A stretch of 55,235 nucleotides of DNA from Clostridia bacterium (GCA_017629175.1 JAGBXS010000079.1:1-55235); one strand, 5' to 3'. Positions 35,297 to 45,104 are shown, counted from the first letter of the stretch. Numbers and translations are program-made. The notes: a model not told the origin generated them from the letters alone.

Positions 35297-36421
35297 ATGG
35301 CTTATCTTTATTTTGATTCCGCCGCCACCGCACGTCCTCTCCCCGAGGCCATCGACGCGGCAGGGCGGGCTTATACAGAATACGGCAACCCATCCTCCCT
35401 GCACGGTGCGGGGCTTGCCGCCAAGCGTTTGGTGGATACCGCAAGAGCGCAGGTGGCCGCCGCCTTGCATTGCAAGTCGGAACGGATCGTCTTCGTCTCC
35501 TCCGGGACGGAAGCCAACAACCAGGCTATCTTTGGGCTTGCCAAGATCCGTGGCAAGCGTGCCAAGAAGATCATCACCACCGACAGCGAGCATCCTTCCG
35601 TGGCAGAGCCCCTAAAGGCGTTGGAAAAAGAAGGCTTTACCGTGGCGCGCCTTTCCACCAAGGGCGGTGTTCTTGATCTGAAACAGCTGGAGCGGGAACT
35701 GCAAGAGCCCGTGGCCTTCCTCTCCATTATGCGTGCCAACAACGAGACCGGCGCCATATATGATCTGGCGGGGGTTCGGAAGCTTTTGACAAAATACGGC
35801 TCCGATGCCATTTTGCATTGCGATAATGTGCAAGGATTTTTGAAGATCCCCGGCGACCGCCTTGCGGCAGTTTGCGACTTGATCACCGTCTCCGCCCACA
35901 AGATCGGCGGGCTTAAGGGTACGGGTGCTTTGTATATCGGCGAGAAGATCCGCAACCTCCCTGCGCTTCTGCCGGGAGGCGGCCAGGAAAACGGGATGCG
36001 CTCCGGCACGGAAAACGTACCCGGCATTGCCGCCTTTGGCGCCGCCGCAGAAAAAACGGCCTCCGCAGGCTCATCCCACACGGAATTGCTGCGGGATAAG
36101 CTTTTGGCAGGGCTTTCGGACAGCGGCTTGATCTTCCATATCCCTCCCGTGCATCTGCCGGGCATCCTGCATATCAGCATTCCCGGGGTGCTTAGCTCCT
36201 GGGCGCTGAATCTTCTTTCCGCAAAGGGCATCTGCGTTTCCGCAGGAAGTGCTTGCTCCGCAAGGGAAAAGAAAAAAGGCAACCCCGTGCTGTCCGCTTA
36301 CGGATTGCCTGCCGGTGAGATCGAAACCTCTCTCCGCATCAGCTTTGACATTTGGAATACCGAAGAGGAGTGCGCACTGCTTTGCGATGCATTGCGTGAA
36401 TGCGCGAAATTGAAACGATGA
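35297..36421 (+). CDS. cysteine desulfurase (class V aminotransferase, NifS/IscS-like, ThiI-associated)
   Basis: PLP-lysine context SAHKIGG and active-site SAGSACS. ATGA overlap with thiI. Confidence 0.9.
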   Translation: MAYLYFDSAATARPLPEAIDAAGRAYTEYGNPSSLHGAGLAAKRLVDTARAQVAAALHCKSERIVFVSSGTEANNQAIFGLAKIRGKRAKKIITTDSEHPSVAEPLKALEKEGFTVARLSTKGGVLDLKQLERELQEPVAFLSIMRANNETGAIYDLAGVRKLLTKYGSDAILHCDNVQGFLKIPGDRLAAVCDLITVSAHKIGGLKGTGALYIGEKIRNLPALLPGGGQENGMRSGTENVPGIAAFGAAAEKTASAGSSHTELLRDKLLAGLSDSGLIFHIPPVHLPGILHISIPGVLSSWALNLLSAKGICVSAGSACSAREKKKGNPVLSAYGLPAGEIETSLRISFDIWNTEEECALLCDALRECAKLKR

Positions 36422-37590
36422 ATACAAACGAAGTCATTCTTTTGAAATACGGTGAGATCGTACTGAAGGGTCTCAACCGCAACTACTTCAACCAGCTTTT
36501 GGAGAAGAACGTCCGCCGCGCCTTGAAGCGTGCCCCGGGCGAATACGAGCTGGTCTACGCCCAGTCCATTCTGTTCGTTCGCGGCAAAGAGGGCTGTGAC
36601 ATGGACGTTGCCGCAGAGCTTTTGAAAAAGGTTTTCGGTATCGTCACCGTATGCCGCGGCATCGAATGCGAGAAAAACATGGATGTGATCTACGACGTGC
36701 TGAGAGAGCACGGCGAGGAGCTAGTGGGTAACGCCCGCACCTTTAAGTGCGACGCCAAGCGCAGTGACAAAAAGTTCCCTCTCACCTCTCCCCAGATCTG
36801 TACCGAGTGCGGTGCCGTTCTGTTGGAGACCTTCCCCCACTTGACGGTGGACGTCCAGAACCCCGAGGTCACGGTGATGATCGAGATCCGCGACAACACC
36901 GCCATTCTCCACGGCAAGAGAGAGAAGGGCGCGGGAGGTATCCCCGTAGGCTGTGAGGGCAAGGCAATGCTGTTGCTTTCCGGCGGCATCGACTCCCCCG
37001 TGGCAGGACATATGACTGCCAAGAGAGGCGTTCGATTGGAGGCGGTATATTTCGAAACGCCCCCCTACACCTCCGAGGCCGCCAAGGAGAAGGTGGTCGC
37101 CCTTGCCAAAAAGCTGGCAGAGTACGCCGGTGTCATCCGTCTTCACTGCATCAGCCTGACGGAGGTGCAGGAGGCCATTGCGGCAAATTGCGAGGAGCGT
37201 TTGTTCACCCTTCTGTTGCGCCGCTTTATGGTACGTTGCGCCGAGCAGGCCGCCATCAAGGCAGAGGCCTCCGCTCTCATCACCGGGGAATCCATCGGCC
37301 AGGTTGCCTCCCAGACCATGCTTTCCATGGTGGTCACCGACCAGGCGGCAGGCATCCCCATTTTCCGTCCCTGCATCGGCTTGGACAAGGAAGAGATCGT
37401 GGTTCGCGCCAGACAGATGGGCACCTTCGAGATCTCTACCCTGCCCTACGAGGATTGCTGTGCCATGTTCACCCCCCGACACCCCAACACCCATCCCAAG
37501 CTGGAAGCGGTGCTGGAGGAGGAAGCCAAGCTGGACGTGGAGGGTCTTGTTGCCCGTGCCATGGAGACGGACAACGTTATTTTCTGCTGA
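36418..37590 (+). CDS. thiI: tRNA 4-thiouridine(8) synthase ThiI (no rhodanese domain)
   Basis: ILLKYGEIVLKG N-terminus, THUMP region, PP-loop LLLSGGIDSPV. Confidence 0.92.
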   Translation: MNTNEVILLKYGEIVLKGLNRNYFNQLLEKNVRRALKRAPGEYELVYAQSILFVRGKEGCDMDVAAELLKKVFGIVTVCRGIECEKNMDVIYDVLREHGEELVGNARTFKCDAKRSDKKFPLTSPQICTECGAVLLETFPHLTVDVQNPEVTVMIEIRDNTAILHGKREKGAGGIPVGCEGKAMLLLSGGIDSPVAGHMTAKRGVRLEAVYFETPPYTSEAAKEKVVALAKKLAEYAGVIRLHCISLTEVQEAIAANCEERLFTLLLRRFMVRCAEQAAIKAEASALITGESIGQVASQTMLSMVVTDQAAGIPIFRPCIGLDKEEIVVRARQMGTFEISTLPYEDCCAMFTPRHPNTHPKLEAVLEEEAKLDVEGLVARAMETDNVIFC

Positions 37591-38695
37591 GCATCCGCCC
37601 CAAATCCTCCAAAATATCCTCGATATGCTCCAAGCCCACGGAAAGGCGAAGCAGACGAGGGGTAATACCGATCTTTTCACGCACGTCTTTGGGAACAGAG
37701 GCGTGCGTTTGCTTTTGGGGATAGGTGATTAACGAGGTGGTTCCCCCAAGGCTTTCCGCACAGCAGATCAGCATTCCGCCGTTCAATACCTTTTCCGCAC
37801 CGTCGTCCTTCAGCAGGAAGGATAACACCCCTCCCGCGCCCGTGGTCTGCTTTTGCATCAGCTTGTAGGAGGGATGGGAGGGCAATCCGGGATAGAACAC
37901 CTGCTGAACGCGGGGATGGGACTCCAAAAAGGTTGCGGCGGCAAGCGCGTTGGAGGCGTGCTTTTCCATGCGGACGGGCAGGGTTTGGATCCCTCGTAAA
38001 GCCAGCCAGCTATCAAAGGGAGAAGCAAAATTTCCCAAGGTTCTGCCCACCAAGGACAGCTTCTCCGCCAGCTCGGGAGAGGAGGTCACCGCGAAGCCGC
38101 ACACCGTGTCGTGATGGCCGGAGAGGAATTTCGTTCCCGAGTGAAGCACCACGTCTGCCCCCAGGGTCAGAGGCTTTTGGAAATACGGTGTCAAGAAGGT
38201 ATTGTCCACCGCCAAAAGCACCCCATGCTCCGCCGCCAGCATGGCAAGCCTGGCCAAGGGGATCACCCGCATCATGGGGTTGGTGGGAGTCTCCGCAAAG
38301 ATCAGCTTGGTTTCCGGACGGATATACGCTTCCGCCAGCTCCGGCTCCCGCAGATCCGCGAAGGTGAACTCAATGCCGAAGTGTGACCAAATCTCCCGGA
38401 TCAGACGATAAGTACCTCCGTAGAGATCGTCGGAGACCAACACGTGATCCCCTGCCTTCAGCAGAGAAAACACACTGCTGACAGCGGCAAGTCCCGAGGA
38501 AAAGGCAAAGCCGTAGGCACCCTCCTCCAAGGCCGCCACCGTATGCTCCAGCTCCTTCCGCGTGGGATTTTGACAGCGGGTATAGGAAAATTCTCCCCCT
38601 GCGCGATAGGTGGAGGTTTGGAAAATGGGAACGCTGACCGCTCCCAGATAATCGTCCGTTCTGCCGCCCCGTGCAGACAGTGTCTCAAAGCGCAT
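37577..38695 (-). CDS. Cys/Met-metabolism PLP-dependent enzyme (cystathionine gamma-synthase / beta-lyase family)
   Basis: PIFQTSTY N-terminus and PLP-lysine context HSGTKFLSGH. Confidence 0.88.
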   Translation of the reverse strand: MRFETLSARGGRTDDYLGAVSVPIFQTSTYRAGGEFSYTRCQNPTRKELEHTVAALEEGAYGFAFSSGLAAVSSVFSLLKAGDHVLVSDDLYGGTYRLIREIWSHFGIEFTFADLREPELAEAYIRPETKLIFAETPTNPMMRVIPLARLAMLAAEHGVLLAVDNTFLTPYFQKPLTLGADVVLHSGTKFLSGHHDTVCGFAVTSSPELAEKLSLVGRTLGNFASPFDSWLALRGIQTLPVRMEKHASNALAAATFLESHPRVQQVFYPGLPSHPSYKLMQKQTTGAGGVLSFLLKDDGAEKVLNGGMLICCAESLGGTTSLITYPQKQTHASVPKDVREKIGITPRLLRLSVGLEHIEDILEDLGRMLSRK

Positions 38696-38758
38696 ACAAA
38701 AAACCGCCCTTTCTGATTTGACGCTCTGTAAAAGTGTATGCAGAGCGAGGAAGGACGG

Positions 38759-39472
38759 TTATTTTTCGATTTCGATCTTCTTCAGGCAGAAGCCAAGATA
38801 ATCCGCGGCAATCAGCTCCGAGCGGGCGCCTGCGATCTGATACACCAAGCGGGCGGGATCTGCGTTGTGCATATGTCCGTAGAAAATGCGTTTCACTCCG
38901 CTTTCCCGCAGAACCTCGCAAATAGGCTCACAGCGAAGGTTGCCGTAGGCAGGGGGATAATGCAAGAACACCAAAAGCTCTTTTTCGGGAGCTTTTTCCT
39001 GCAAAGCTTTTCCCGCCTTCAAGGTGTTCTTCAATCTCTCCGTTTCGCGGTTGACGATTTTCAAATCGTCCCCTGTGTACTGGTTCTCCAAGGTCCAGCC
39101 ACGGGTTCCGCAGAGGATAAATTCCTCCGTCTCGTAGGCGTTGTTGAACAAAAAGTCCACGGAATACGCTCCCACGCGGTCTCGGAATTCCGTCAGCTTC
39201 TTCATGGTCTGCCACCAATAATCGTGGTTCCCTTTCAAAACGATCTTATGCCCGGGCAGGGATTCCAAAAAGCGGAAATCCGCCTCCGCCTCCTCGATGC
39301 GCATTCCCCAGGAAACGTCCCCCGCAATCACCACGGTATCCTCGTCAGAGACGGTGTTCTGCCAATTTTCATATATTCTTTGGGTATGGTTTTCCCAACG
39401 CTTGCCAAAAATATCCATGGGCTTGTTCATGGTCTGGGCAAGGTGCAGATCTGCGATCACGAACAGCGACAT
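38759..39472 (-). CDS. calcineurin-like metallophosphoesterase
   Basis: DLH, GDVSW, GNHD and GHMH motifs. Confidence 0.8.
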   Translation of the reverse strand: MSLFVIADLHLAQTMNKPMDIFGKRWENHTQRIYENWQNTVSDEDTVVIAGDVSWGMRIEEAEADFRFLESLPGHKIVLKGNHDYWWQTMKKLTEFRDRVGAYSVDFLFNNAYETEEFILCGTRGWTLENQYTGDDLKIVNRETERLKNTLKAGKALQEKAPEKELLVFLHYPPAYGNLRCEPICEVLRESGVKRIFYGHMHNADPARLVYQIAGARSELIAADYLGFCLKKIEIEK

Positions 39473-39537
39473 AAAATCCCTCCTTTCGGGAATACTGATA
39501 CCGTCCGCAAAATGCGTGACGGAAAGGAATGAACATC

Positions 39538-39729
39538 ATGGAGCACAGAGATCACAATAAGCGTGTCCCCGAGCATATCAACGGTATTACCTGCAGTGTA
39601 CAGAACTGCGTTCACAACGACGGCCAATGCTACTGCACCGCAGATCGCATCAGCGTAGGCCCTTGCACCGCCTGCTGCTGCGGTGACACCGTTTGCGCCA
39701 CCTTTGAAAGCAAAAGCGACAAGCACTAA
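39538..39729 (+). CDS. DUF1540-family small cysteine-rich protein
   Basis: Repeated C-x-V-x-x-C-x-H-N / CTA motifs. I chose the start at the ATG ~10 nt after GGAAAGG; an ATG at 39529 is also possible. Confidence 0.75.
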   Translation: MEHRDHNKRVPEHINGITCSVQNCVHNDGQCYCTADRISVGPCTACCCGDTVCATFESKSDKH

Positions 39730-39746
39730 AAAAGGCTCTCTTTGGG

Positions 39747-39781
39747 AAAGCGAGGCTATCCGATACGGACAGCCTCGCTTT
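39747..39781. terminator. bidirectional terminator between the DUF1540 gene (+) and thrC (-)
   Basis: 11-bp stem aaagcgaggct / agcctcgcttt with a 13-nt loop. Confidence 0.65.
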
Positions 39782-39787
39782 GATTAC

Positions 39788-41275
39788 TTAGGAACGGGCA
39801 AAGGCAAGAACGGCTGCCTTCATATCCTGAGGCGCGATCACTTCCGTGAACCGATCCTCAACCTGCTCCAATGCCGCAAGGCGGGCGGGAGCGGGAATAC
39901 CGCTGATCTTCTGCAGACTGCGCAACGCCTCGAAGCCGTCTTCGGGAACGTCCTTCCCCAAGGACTCCAGCACTGCGGGAGAGAACTTATAGGGAGATGC
40001 GGTGGAAGCTACCAAAATGGACCGCTTTTCATCCAAAGAACGGCGGTAGCTCTCTGCGGCGGAAAGCGCCACGGCGGTATGGGTATCTGCCAGGTAGAAC
40101 AAGTTCTCGTGGAACTCACGCAAAACGCTCTTGGTCAAAGCCTCGTCGCAGAAATATGCGGCAAACTCTGCCTGCACCGCTTCCAAAACCTGCTCGTCCA
40201 CGGTATAAACCCCGTCTTTTGCCAAAGCTTCCATGTAGGAAGCGCACTTCTCGGGGCCGGCTACCAGCCACAAAAGACGTTCCAGGTTGCTGGAAATGAG
40301 GATGTCCATAGAGGGAGAAACGGTCTGATAGAAGGTTCTGCGTCTGTCGTACACGCCGTTGTTGATAAAGTCGGTGAGCACGTTGTTCTGGTTGGAAGCG
40401 CAGATCATCTTTCCTACGGGCAAACCCATGCGCTTTGCCAGACAGCAGGCAAAGATGTTGCCGAAGTTGCCGGTGGGAACCACAACGTCCATCAGATCGC
40501 CCTTCTTCAGTCTGCCTGCATTCATCAGGTCACAATAGGCGGAAATATAGTACACCACCTGGGGAACCAATCTGCCCCAGTTGATAGAATTTGCAGAAGA
40601 AAGGAACAGGCCTTCCTTGTCGAGAAGCTCAGCCATCTCGCTGTCGGCAAAGATCGCCTTGACACCGCTTTGCGCATCATCAAAGTTGCCGGTAATGGCG
40701 GTGACGTTTACGTTGATTCCCTGCTGGGTAGCCATCTGCTTCTTTTGAATACGGCTGACGCCGTCGGTGGGATAGAACACGTGAATTCTGACTCTGGGAA
40801 CGTCTGCGTAGCCCTCCAGAGCCGCCTTACCGGTATCCCCGGAGGTGGCAACCAGGATCAACGCATCACGGGTCTCACCCGTCTTCTCCAACGCCATGGA
40901 AAGAAGGTGAGGCATGATCTGCAACGCCATATCCTTAAAGGCGGAGGTAGGGCCGTGCCAAAGCTCCAAGATCTCCAAGCCTCCCACCTTGGTGATGGGA
41001 GTGGGATTGTTCTCGGGGAATTTAGGCGCGCCGTAAGCTGACTGTGCGGCGTTTAAAAGCTCTTCCGCAGTATAGTCCGTAAGGTACAGACCCATGATCT
41101 CCGCGGCACGCTCCGGGTAGGTCATCCCTGCCAAGCGATCCAGCTCCTCGGCGGTCAGTGTGGGAATCTCCGTGGGAACGAACAAGCCGCCATCGGGAGC
41201 AAGTCCCTGCTTGATGACCTCTGCGGCAGTGTATTCTTTCTTCTCATTCCGTGCGCGGGTGCTGACGAATTTCAT
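39788..41275 (-). CDS. thrC: threonine synthase (long form)
   Basis: MKFVSTR...GLAPDGGLFVP N-terminus and PLP-lysine context SAFKDMALQ. The track start at 41317 lies inside yraN. Confidence 0.92.
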   Translation of the reverse strand: MKFVSTRARNEKKEYTAAEVIKQGLAPDGGLFVPTEIPTLTAEELDRLAGMTYPERAAEIMGLYLTDYTAEELLNAAQSAYGAPKFPENNPTPITKVGGLEILELWHGPTSAFKDMALQIMPHLLSMALEKTGETRDALILVATSGDTGKAALEGYADVPRVRIHVFYPTDGVSRIQKKQMATQQGINVNVTAITGNFDDAQSGVKAIFADSEMAELLDKEGLFLSSANSINWGRLVPQVVYYISAYCDLMNAGRLKKGDLMDVVVPTGNFGNIFACCLAKRMGLPVGKMICASNQNNVLTDFINNGVYDRRRTFYQTVSPSMDILISSNLERLLWLVAGPEKCASYMEALAKDGVYTVDEQVLEAVQAEFAAYFCDEALTKSVLREFHENLFYLADTHTAVALSAAESYRRSLDEKRSILVASTASPYKFSPAVLESLGKDVPEDGFEALRSLQKISGIPAPARLAALEQVEDRFTEVIAPQDMKAAVLAFARS

Positions 41276-41678
41276 ATCCGATATCCTCGATTCTGTTGAT
41301 ACTTTTCGGCGTTCCATCGGGGTAGAGATAGATCTCTATTCCGTCGACACGCCTATGCCGTATACGCCGCGGCACCCAAATGCCGGGCCAATATAACACG
41401 GAGATCTTCCCGTGTTCCTCGTGGGTGTGTGAAAACTGCTTGGCGGCACGCTCGATCTTACGAAGCTTTTCCTCGTCCATAGCCTCCGCCCCGGTTCCCC
41501 ATTGGGTGCCGGTTCTTGTCTTCACTTCCACGAAGAGCAACACGCCCCGGTAAAACCCCACAAGGTCTATCTCACCGCCGTAAGCGTTGTAATTTCTCGC
41601 TAAAATATGCACGCCCTGCTTTTCCAGGTATGTCAGCGCCAGGTCTTCCCCCAGCTGACCGACCTGCCTGCCTCTCAT
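41244..41678 (-). CDS. yraN: YraN-family (UPF0102) predicted endonuclease
   Basis: GEDLALTYLEKQG...GEIDLV...LFVEVKTR motifs. ATGA overlap with rnhB. Its 3' end overlaps the thrC start by 32 nt. Confidence 0.8.
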   Translation of the reverse strand: MRGRQVGQLGEDLALTYLEKQGVHILARNYNAYGGEIDLVGFYRGVLLFVEVKTRTGTQWGTGAEAMDEEKLRKIERAAKQFSHTHEEHGKISVLYWPGIWVPRRIRHRRVDGIEIYLYPDGTPKSINRIEDIGYEIRQHPRTE

Positions 41679-42283
41679 GCCTTCGCCCCCAGGATCTTCC
41701 CCAAGAAGCTCATGCGGTGAGCAGGGCAAGGGCCGTACTTCAAAATGGCCTCTCTGTGTGCTTTGGTGCCGTATCCCTTATGCAAAGCAAAGCCGTACTG
41801 CGGGTATTGCTTGTCCAGCTCCAGACAATCTCTGTCACGCTCCACCTTGGCAAGCACCGAGGCGGCGGCAATGGAGGGACATTTTGCATCCCCGCCGATG
41901 ACGGGATAAGCGGGCACGGGGAAGCCTCTGGCAATGTTGCCGTCGATCAAGGCGGCGTCGGGAGGGATGGAAAGCCCTTCCATGGCGCGGCGCATAGCCA
42001 GCAACGCGCACTCTAAAATATTCAGCCGTTCGATCTCCTCTACCTCCGCACGGGCAATACAATATGCCAACGCCTGCTCCTTAATACGGTCGTAAAGCTG
42101 ATCCCGCTTTTTGGGAGAAAGCTTTTTGGAATCGTCCAAGCCCTCAATGATCAGCCCCTTGGGCAAAATCACCGCGGCGGCGTAAACGGGGCCTGCAAGA
42201 GGACCTCTTCCCGCCTCATCGCAACCGCAGATCACCTGCAGTTCCTCGGTATAAAAGCCGTTTTCCGTCTCCCAATTCAGCAT
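41675..42283 (-). CDS. rnhB: ribonuclease HII
   Basis: GCDEAGRGPLAGPV and DDSKKL motifs. Confidence 0.93.
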   Translation of the reverse strand: MLNWETENGFYTEELQVICGCDEAGRGPLAGPVYAAAVILPKGLIIEGLDDSKKLSPKKRDQLYDRIKEQALAYCIARAEVEEIERLNILECALLAMRRAMEGLSIPPDAALIDGNIARGFPVPAYPVIGGDAKCPSIAAASVLAKVERDRDCLELDKQYPQYGFALHKGYGTKAHREAILKYGPCPAHRMSFLGKILGAKA

Positions 42284-42301
42284 TTCGGCACCTTCTTTAT
42301 C

Positions 42302-43147
42302 TCAATCTAACGTGATCTCGCCGATCTTTCCCGCCCGGAACTCGTCCAACAACACGGCGGCGGTACGGTCGTCATCCACCTCTGCACCGCTGCGGATAAA
42401 GCCCCGCTTGCGGGCAATCTTTTGGAACAGATCGTAATCGGAATCCTCCTCCGTCCATTCCACCTTGTATCTGGCGGTCAAAAGCTCGGGATAATTCACT
42501 CTCAGCATCCCCAAAAGGGCGCAGGAAAGCTCGATCTGATCCAGGATCTCATCACGGATCGCACCCAAAGCCGCCAGCTTTTTGGCAACCGTCTGATCCT
42601 CAAACTTATGCCACAAAACGCCGGGAGTATCCAAAAGCTCCACGCCCATGGAGGGCACGGGGATCCACTGGTTGTGACGAGTCACACCGGGACGATCCTC
42701 CGCCTTTGCCCGCTTACTGCCTGCAAAGGTGTTGATGAAGGTGGATTTTCCCACGTTGGTGATTCCCACCACCATGGCGCGGATTGGCTTCTTCATCCCT
42801 TTTGCGGCATAGCGCTCCAGCTTCTCCGCCATCAGCTCCCGAATGGCAGGGGCCACGTTCTTGACACCCATACCGGTCTTACAGTCGATGGGAATGACCA
42901 TGCGGTCCTTGCCCTTCAGCTGGTTCACGTAACGGCTCACCGCACGTCTGTCCGCCAAGGAGCACTTGGTCAACAGTGTCAAGCTGGGCTTGTTCTTGAA
43001 CAGCTCCGGGAAGGAGGGATTGCGGCTGGAGATAGGCGCACGGGCATCCAAAAGCTCGATGACCATATCCACCAAAGGCAGATCTTCCTGTATTTTTCGT
43101 TTTGCGCGGGTCATGTGCCCCGGGTACCAAACGATCTGTTTATCCAT
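42302..43147 (-). CDS. rbgA: ribosome biogenesis GTPase A (YlqF/RbgA), circularly permuted GTPase
   Basis: WYPGHM start, DARAP, LTKCSLAD (NKxD-like motif) and GITNVGKST. Confidence 0.92.
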   Translation of the reverse strand: MDKQIVWYPGHMTRAKRKIQEDLPLVDMVIELLDARAPISSRNPSFPELFKNKPSLTLLTKCSLADRRAVSRYVNQLKGKDRMVIPIDCKTGMGVKNVAPAIRELMAEKLERYAAKGMKKPIRAMVVGITNVGKSTFINTFAGSKRAKAEDRPGVTRHNQWIPVPSMGVELLDTPGVLWHKFEDQTVAKKLAALGAIRDEILDQIELSCALLGMLRVNYPELLTARYKVEWTEEDSDYDLFQKIARKRGFIRSGAEVDDDRTAAVLLDEFRAGKIGEITLD

Positions 43148-43161
43148 ATTTCACCAAAAAA

Positions 43162-43914
43162 TCAATCTACTGTGCCGAATTCCTGCAGGGGGAACACACG
43201 CAAGATCACTTTTCCCAAAATGTGATCCACGTCCTGCTGCCCCACCTCCAAATAACGGCTGTCCTTGGAGTTGTTGCGGTTGTCACCCATAACGAAGACC
43301 TTGCCTTCCCCTACGGTAAACTCACAAACTCCGTTTTCATCCACGCCGTACATACGGTCCATATCTGCCATGTACATGGTGGCACCCGCCTGTCTGCGGA
43401 TATAGGTCTCATCAAGCACCACGCCGTCCACTTCCACCTCCCAATGGGTGAAGTCGATGCGCACTCTCTGTCCTTCCGAAGCAATTACTCGCTTGATCAG
43501 GGGCTGACCGTCGTTCATGATGTTCAGCACCACGATGTCCCCGGTCTTGGGCTCATACATAAAATCGGAAATGATCAACGTATCCGCATGATTGGAGCTA
43601 TCTCCTCCGTGCAGAGTGGGAAGCATGGAATCGCCATCCACCGTTACGTTGCGGAAGAAGAACAAAAACAGCACGATCATCACGGAAAGTGCGATGCAAA
43701 AGGTCTCTACGTATTCAAACACCGTCCGCACAGCAGAAAACGCGCGGTCTTCTTTTTTCTCGACAGGGACGGGCGTCTCGTCACAAACGGTTTCTTCCTC
43801 GGAGGGCTCCCCGCCCTCGGCAGACTCTGCAGGCTGTGCCGCGGGCTCTTCGGGAAGGATATCTGAAAGCGTTTCCTCGGTTGCTTCCGTGGATTGGAGC
43901 TCTTTTTCTTCCAT
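43162..43914 (-). CDS. lepB: signal peptidase I with an acidic N-terminal extension
   Basis: GDSMLPTL, GDIVV and MGDNRNNSKDSR boxes. Confidence 0.88.
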   Translation of the reverse strand: MEEKELQSTEATEETLSDILPEEPAAQPAESAEGGEPSEEETVCDETPVPVEKKEDRAFSAVRTVFEYVETFCIALSVMIVLFLFFFRNVTVDGDSMLPTLHGGDSSNHADTLIISDFMYEPKTGDIVVLNIMNDGQPLIKRVIASEGQRVRIDFTHWEVEVDGVVLDETYIRRQAGATMYMADMDRMYGVDENGVCEFTVGEGKVFVMGDNRNNSKDSRYLEVGQQDVDHILGKVILRVFPLQEFGTVD

Positions 43915-43987
43915 GCCGTCATCTCCTTTTCTAAAAGTTTATATCAAAGAATGCGTTAAAAAACGCCTCCTGCTCATCAATAAGCAA

Positions 43988-44013
43988 AAGGCGCCTCAGG
44001 AAAGAGGCGCCTT
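43988..44013 (-). terminator. intrinsic terminator after rplS
   Basis: 9-bp stem aaggcgcct / aggcgcctt. On the minus strand it is followed by a T-rich tract. Confidence 0.65.
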
Positions 44014-44022
44014 GCATCAAAG

Positions 44023-44364
44023 TCAGATTTTTTCTTTTACCTTTGCGCTCTTGCCCACTCTGTCACGCAGGTAGTACAGTTTTGCTCTGCGAACCTTACC
44101 CTGACGAGTAATTTCTACCTTAACAACATTGGGGGAATGCAGAGGGAAGGTCTTCTCGATGCCTACGCCGAAAGACATACGTCTAACAGTGAAGGTCTCG
44201 GAGATGCCACCGTTCTTCTTAGCGATAACGGTACCTTCGAAAAGCTGAATTCTCTCTCTGGTGCCCTCAACGATACGCTGATGAACCTTAACGGTGTCAC
44301 CTACGTTGAACTGAGGAACCTCAGACTTGAGCTGCTGCTTTGCAAATGCTTCCAATACGGTCAT
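44023..44364 (-). CDS. rplS: 50S ribosomal protein L19
   Basis: [10 protein letters not shown]...[13 protein letters not shown]...RRAKLYYLR is canonical L19. I chose the start at the ATG 9 nt after AGGAGG. Confidence 0.95.
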   Translation of the reverse strand: MTVLEAFAKQQLKSEVPQFNVGDTVKVHQRIVEGTRERIQLFEGTVIAKKNGGISETFTVRRMSFGVGIEKTFPLHSPNVVKVEITRQGKVRRAKLYYLRDRVGKSAKVKEKI

Positions 44365-44448
44365 GATGCTCATCCTCCTATAGTAATATAGTAATTTTGA
44401 GACGTTCGTGCAGAGCTGCAGAGGACCGCCCCCATAAATTGACATCGA

Positions 44449-44477
44449 ATTATATCACACTTTTACGGAAAAAGCAA
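44449..44477 (-). promoter_or_regulatory. sigma-A promoter for rplS
   Basis: Minus strand: TTGCTT, 17 nt, TATAAT with TGn. Implies a ~78-nt leader. Confidence 0.55.
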
Positions 44478-44495
44478 TAGGTTTTCTGAAAAAAG

Positions 44496-45071
44496 TTAGC
44501 CGATCGGGTGATTTTTTTCGATTTTCTTGATGGCGGGATAGAGCAAAGGCATGGCCACCAGAGAAAGCAACAGGTTGGGAAGCATATAGCTTCCGTTATA
44601 AAGGATGGAATATACCACAGAGGCATCCGCACCGAAGGTCATGCCAAAGATCTCGGAGGTATCCCCCACGGCGATCTTCCACGCGGTGATACCTGCGATG
44701 AAATGCACCGCAAACCGCGCAAGGTTTCCGAAAAGAACACCCAGCTCCAGGCTGAGCAGCCCCTTCTTACGGAACAAGCCTGCCACACCCATGGCACCGT
44801 AGGCCAGCACGTAATCCAACAGTACGGAGACGATGCCCCAGCCCAAGCCGCCGCCCACGATGCAATCCACCAAGCCGTACACCATGCAGGCACCGAAGCC
44901 CCAGCTTACGCCGTGGCGGTAGCCGATGAGCACCAAGGGCACCGCAACGAAGCTGATAGAGCCTCCGTTTGCCCAGAACCATGGGATCTGCAAAAAGGAG
45001 ATCACCACTGCGGCAGCCACGAGGATACCGCATTCACAAAGAGAATAGAGTTGCTTTTTGGTTTTCGTCAT
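44496..45071 (-). CDS. thiT: thiamine ECF-transporter S component ThiT
   Basis: 191 aa with 6 TM helices. Directly preceded by a TPP riboswitch. AGGAGG SD. Confidence 0.85.
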   Translation of the reverse strand: MTKTKKQLYSLCECGILVAAAVVISFLQIPWFWANGGSISFVAVPLVLIGYRHGVSWGFGACMVYGLVDCIVGGGLGWGIVSVLLDYVLAYGAMGVAGLFRKKGLLSLELGVLFGNLARFAVHFIAGITAWKIAVGDTSEIFGMTFGADASVVYSILYNGSYMLPNLLLSLVAMPLLYPAIKKIEKNHPIG

Positions 45072-45104
45072 TACAAAAACCTCCTAATAAAAGAATACAA
45101 AAGA

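Noticed and set aside
38696-38758. SAM (S-box) riboswitch or T-box upstream of the Cys/Met PLP-enzyme gene; also a T-box upstream of proBA (27382-27490)
   Set aside because: The intergenic spaces (63 nt and ~110 nt) are too short. They lack the conserved S-box or T-box core sequences, and only a small hairpin or promoters are present.
39683-41041. 452-aa plus-strand ORF
   Set aside because: Antisense shadow of thrC.
44365-44445. N-terminal extension of the rplS ORF (track start 44445) and of the MBL hydrolase ORF (track start 2310)
   Set aside because: The extensions are A/T-rich, non-conserved-looking, and run through the predicted promoter or SD regions. Canonical starts with proper SD spacing lie downstream.
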